A program made the position numbers and the translations under genes. Source: Babesia bigemina (Eukaryota). From it: DNA of 32,522 nt. Positions 29,210-32,522 of this stretch are shown here, piece after piece (the first letter of the stretch is position 1; every line of letters begins with the position of its first letter). The stretch covers positions 1 to 32,522 of the forward strand of contig NW_012237351.1 in assembly GCF_000981445.1 (NCBI RefSeq), in the 5' to 3' direction. The notes beneath the pieces were generated by a model. That model was not told the DNA's origin, searched no databases, and saw nothing but the letters and a program-made list of their open reading frames with translations.

Positions 29210-29331
29210 TCGTACTCACGTGTCTACTATCTACACTCACCTAGCATCACCTACTCACCTAACATAAAAATTGTGCTTTAATCTCTTGTATCACTCATTA
29301 ACCGTTGTATGTGATTGTGTAGTAGTTAAGT
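29210..29331 (+). promoter_or_regulatory. Conserved 3' flank / putative 3'UTR element with repeated ACTCACCT
   Basis: Closely matches 5872-5995 over its whole length. Confidence 0.55.
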
Positions 29332-29706
29332 AAAGTGCTGACCAAAGTGCTGACCAAAGTGCTGACCAATGTGCTGACCAAAGTGCTGACCTATGTGCTG
29401 ACCAAAGTGGTGACCAAGGTGTTGACCAAAGTGGTGACCAAGGTGTTGACCAAAGTGCTGACCAAAGTGCTGACCAACGTGGTGACCAAGATGCTGACCA
29501 ACGTGTTGACCAAGGTGCTGACCAAAGTGCTGACCAATGCCATGACCAACGTGGTGACCAATGCCATGACCAAAGTGCTGACCAAAGTGCTGACCAAGGT
29601 GCTGCCCAAAGTGGTGACCAAAGTGCTGACCAAGGTGCTGATCAATGCCACGACCAACGTGGTGACCAACGTGTTGACCAAGGTGCTGACCAAGGTGCTG
29701 ACCAAG
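29332..29706. repeat. 12-bp minisatellite, about 31 units
   Basis: Direct reading. Confidence 0.96.
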
Positions 29707-29713
29707 TTAGTAG

Positions 29714-30456
29714 TTACGGCAGCGATGACATGGTCACGGCAGCGATGACATGCTTACGGCAGCGATGACATGCTTACGGCAGCGATGACATGCTTACGGC
29801 AGCGATGACATGGTCACGGCAGCGATGACATGGTCACGGCAGCGATGACATGGTCACGGCAGAGATGACATGGTCACGGCAGCGATGACATGGTCACGGC
29901 AGAGATGACATGGTCACGGCAGCGATGACATGGTTACGGCAGCGATGACATGGACACAGCAGCGATGACATGGCTACGGCAGCGATGACATGGTAACGGC
30001 AGCGATGACATGGTCACTGCAGCGATGACATGGCTACGGCAGCGATGACATGGTCACGGCAGCGATGAAATGGTCACGGCAGCGATGACATGGCTACGGC
30101 AGCGATGACATGGTCACGGCAGCGATGAAATGGTCACGGCAGCGATGACATGGTTACGGCAGCGATGAAATGGTCACGGCAGCGATGACATGGTTACGGC
30201 AGCGATGACATGGTCACGGCAGCGATGAAATGGTCACGGCAGCGATGACATGGTTACGGCAGCGATGAAATGGTCACGGCAGCGATGACATGGCTACGGC
30301 AGCGATGACATGGTTACGGCAGCGATGAAATGGTCACGGCAGCGATGACATGGTTACGGCAGCGATGACCTGGTTACGGCAGCGATGACATGGTCACGGC
30401 AGCGATGACATGGACACGGCAGCGATGACTGGTCACGGCAGCGATGACATGGTGAC
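29714..30456. repeat. 20-bp minisatellite, about 37 units
   Basis: Direct reading; very regular phase. Confidence 0.97.
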
Positions 30457-30472
30457 CAGAGTAGTGATTATC

Positions 30473-30749
30473 ATCCACTCCACATCGCCCCTTAACCCAC
30501 TCTACATCGCTCCCTAACCCACTCTACATCGCTCCCTAACCCACTCTTCATCGCTCCCTAACCCACTCTACATCGCCCCTAAACCCACTCTACATCGCCC
30601 CTTAACCCACTCCACATCGCTCCCTTACCCACTCCACATCGCCCCTTAACCCACTCTACATCACCCCTTAACCCACTCCACATCGCTCCCTAACCCACTC
30701 TACATCGCCCCTTTATCCACCCTACATCGCCCCTTTATCCACTCCACAT
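30473..30749. repeat. 22-bp minisatellite array, about 12-13 units, upstream of gene 5
   Basis: Direct reading; ends about 30 bp before ATG 30779. Confidence 0.96.
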
Positions 30750-30778
30750 TCCTTGAATTACTTCGCCATATTAACGCT

Positions 30779-32522
30779 ATGACCTCTATAAACCATCCTA
30801 ATAACTTGTGCCTTGTCACCCTTTACTTCCCCTCTTCCACCGCTTGCCACTGCCCTGACCGTGTGCCGCCTAGGGAGCTTGGCATGAAATTTGACAAAAT
30901 TTTGAACCTCAAAATTACCTTAAATAATAACCCTACTAACATCCTTAATAACCTATGCACTGGCCTCGAAACCTTCCTCGGCTTCAACTCTGAGTCAAAA
31001 GGCTACGACGGCACTGGCATTGTCTACTCTGACCTTGACAGGCTGTGCGACGGGGTTATGGGATTTTTGTATCAGGTGCTAAAGGATGTCAGCGAGAAAC
31101 AGCCTTACAGTGTGGGTAAAACAATACTAATAGAGATTGTTACTGAGCTTAAAAATAATTTATCCACCGGGCGTGAGGGTTTTAAGTTCATTGCGCAGGT
31201 GGCGGGGAAGGTGGGGGAGTATAATGAGAGAGTTAAGCAGGGGAACGATGATATGCAAAGCGTTGTAACTAAAATGCGAAATCACGTTGAAACTGAATTA
31301 ACAAAAAAGTTGAACGCCATAAATGAAAATAATCTCACTCATGACCCTTTACTTTCCAAGGCCGTGGAGTCAGCCCAGGCCCTGGCCAAGGAGTACGGTC
31401 AAAAAGGTGAAGACTTTAACAACGGTTTCAATAACATAACAAGAGACGAATTCAGTAGACGTTCCAAAGTTGAACTCAAAGAACAATTTAAGGACTTAAA
31501 CTCTGACTTGAGATCAAAAATCAACAACGCCAGGGACAACGTGTCGCATGAAGCCAATAGGCTTACAACGTTGTCGGCCACGCAGAAAAGAAATTTGGAG
31601 GAGACGATTGAATTGATAAAACAGACGTGCACATCGCTTAAGAAGTGCGTGAATGATAAGATCAACAAAGACGTTACTGAACTAATGAACAATGTGGAGA
31701 AGAGGGTTGCAGAAATTTTGAAGGTGCTCAAAGAGATTGAAAGTAAGATAAGAGAGTATATTGACGATTTGGCAAAGTGGATTAACCATGCGGACATAGA
31801 CGTGGGAAAGGCAATGAAGGATATGAAAGGAATTATTGATAAAAGTATCGGCTGGCAAAATCAGGATGAAATCAGCGGCAAGGCAAAAGACTTGAGCAAA
31901 AAGGCTACTGATCTTTACTGGAAATTTGAGGGTGCAAAACGGTCAGTTGAGGAGGGAGTTGATAAGGCCAAAACGGAAAAAGTTAACGAGTTGACCAAGT
32001 GGAAAGCAGCGGGCGACGCAGCTGTTAAGCAGGCGAAGGAGAAGTGTGAGAAGGTGGTTAAAAAGTTGAATGGAAGAGATAAAGGTGCAAGTGCGGAGGG
32101 GGGAAGACAAAAAGTGACCGACTCGGCGCAGATATTGCAACAAAAAGCGGACGAATTACGAAAGAAGGCGTTAGATGCTAAACAGAAAGTTACTACATTG
32201 GTCAGGGAGGCATTGACGGCAGTGAAAACGATGGACGAAGGGCTGAAGAAGAATCTACTCACAGTGGCCATCAAAAAAATTGAAACTGAGGTGAACGGAA
32301 AGGACTGTTTGGAAAATGTTGTAAGGGATGGAAATGGTGATGATTCATCGAAGTTCGACGGCAAAACGTTTCCCAACTTGTTGTCCACCGTCACCGCCAA
32401 CCTCACCGCCTTCACCGACAATGTCAGGAACCTCGTCAAAAAGGAAAACACCGGCACCGACAGAGACAGCGTTCATGCCTATCTAGAGGATGTGTCTCTT
32501 CTGCTCAATAGTGGAGATCCCG
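30779..32522 (+). CDS. Babesia ves-like variant surface antigen ('ebh-like') gene 5, 5' part only (runs off the window; absent from the ORF track)
   Basis: Translated by hand: MTSINHPNNLCLVTLYFPSSTACHCPDRVPPRELGMKF...DLDRLCDGVMGFLYQVLKDVSEKQPY... with no stop through the window end (about 581 codons); MGF ATG at 31058. Confidence 0.88.
   Translation, partial: MTSINHPNNLCLVTLYFPSSTACHCPDRVPPRELGMKFDKILNLKITLNNNPTNILNNLCTGLETFLGFNSESKGYDGTGIVYSDLDRLCDGVMGFLYQVLKDVSEKQPYSVGKTILIEIVTELKNNLSTGREGFKFIAQVAGKVGEYNERVKQGNDDMQSVVTKMRNHVETELTKKLNAINENNLTHDPLLSKAVESAQALAKEYGQKGEDFNNGFNNITRDEFSRRSKVELKEQFKDLNSDLRSKINNARDNVSHEANRLTTLSATQKRNLEETIELIKQTCTSLKKCVNDKINKDVTELMNNVEKRVAEILKVLKEIESKIREYIDDLAKWINHADIDVGKAMKDMKGIIDKSIGWQNQDEISGKAKDLSKKATDLYWKFEGAKRSVEEGVDKAKTEKVNELTKWKAAGDAAVKQAKEKCEKVVKKLNGRDKGASAEGGRQKVTDSAQILQQKADELRKKALDAKQKVTTLVREALTAVKTMDEGLKKNLLTVAIKKIETEVNGKDCLENVVRDGNGDDSSKFDGKTFPNLLSTVTANLTAFTDNVRNLVKKENTGTDRDSVHAYLEDVSLLLNSGDP

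Noticed and set aside
1482..32457. Numerous short ORFs (60-180 aa) overlapping the large genes on either strand
   Set aside because: Shadow ORFs of long coding sequences with no recognisable motifs.

Overview
Eukaryotic, almost certainly Babesia (B. ovata/B. bigemina-like), DNA. The window holds a head-to-tail array of five paralogous ves-like variant surface antigen genes on the + strand: four complete to the stop codon and one cut by the window end. All have uninterrupted reading frames of about 1700-2000 aa. Each protein has a conserved LNNLC..GF..KGYDG.GIVYSDLDRLCD.VMGF block, a long divergent helical region, a Cys/His-rich domain, one C-terminal transmembrane helix and a tail ending YLQP. 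This is the family often auto-annotated 'extracellular matrix-binding ebh'. The most striking structure is non-coding. Every 1.6-2.5 kb spacer has the same ordered parts: stop, a short element with repeated ACTCACCT, a 12-bp satellite, a 20-bp satellite (GCGATG core), an imperfect palindromic junction, a 22-bp satellite (CATCGC core, with telomere-like CCCTAACCC), then the ATG. Almost no unique promoter sequence is present. Two of five genes have broken 5' leaders, and the genes are mosaics of each other. This suggests (inference) a repeat-delimited cassette archive for antigenic variation by gene conversion. Family and organism calls rest on motif recognition, not database searches.
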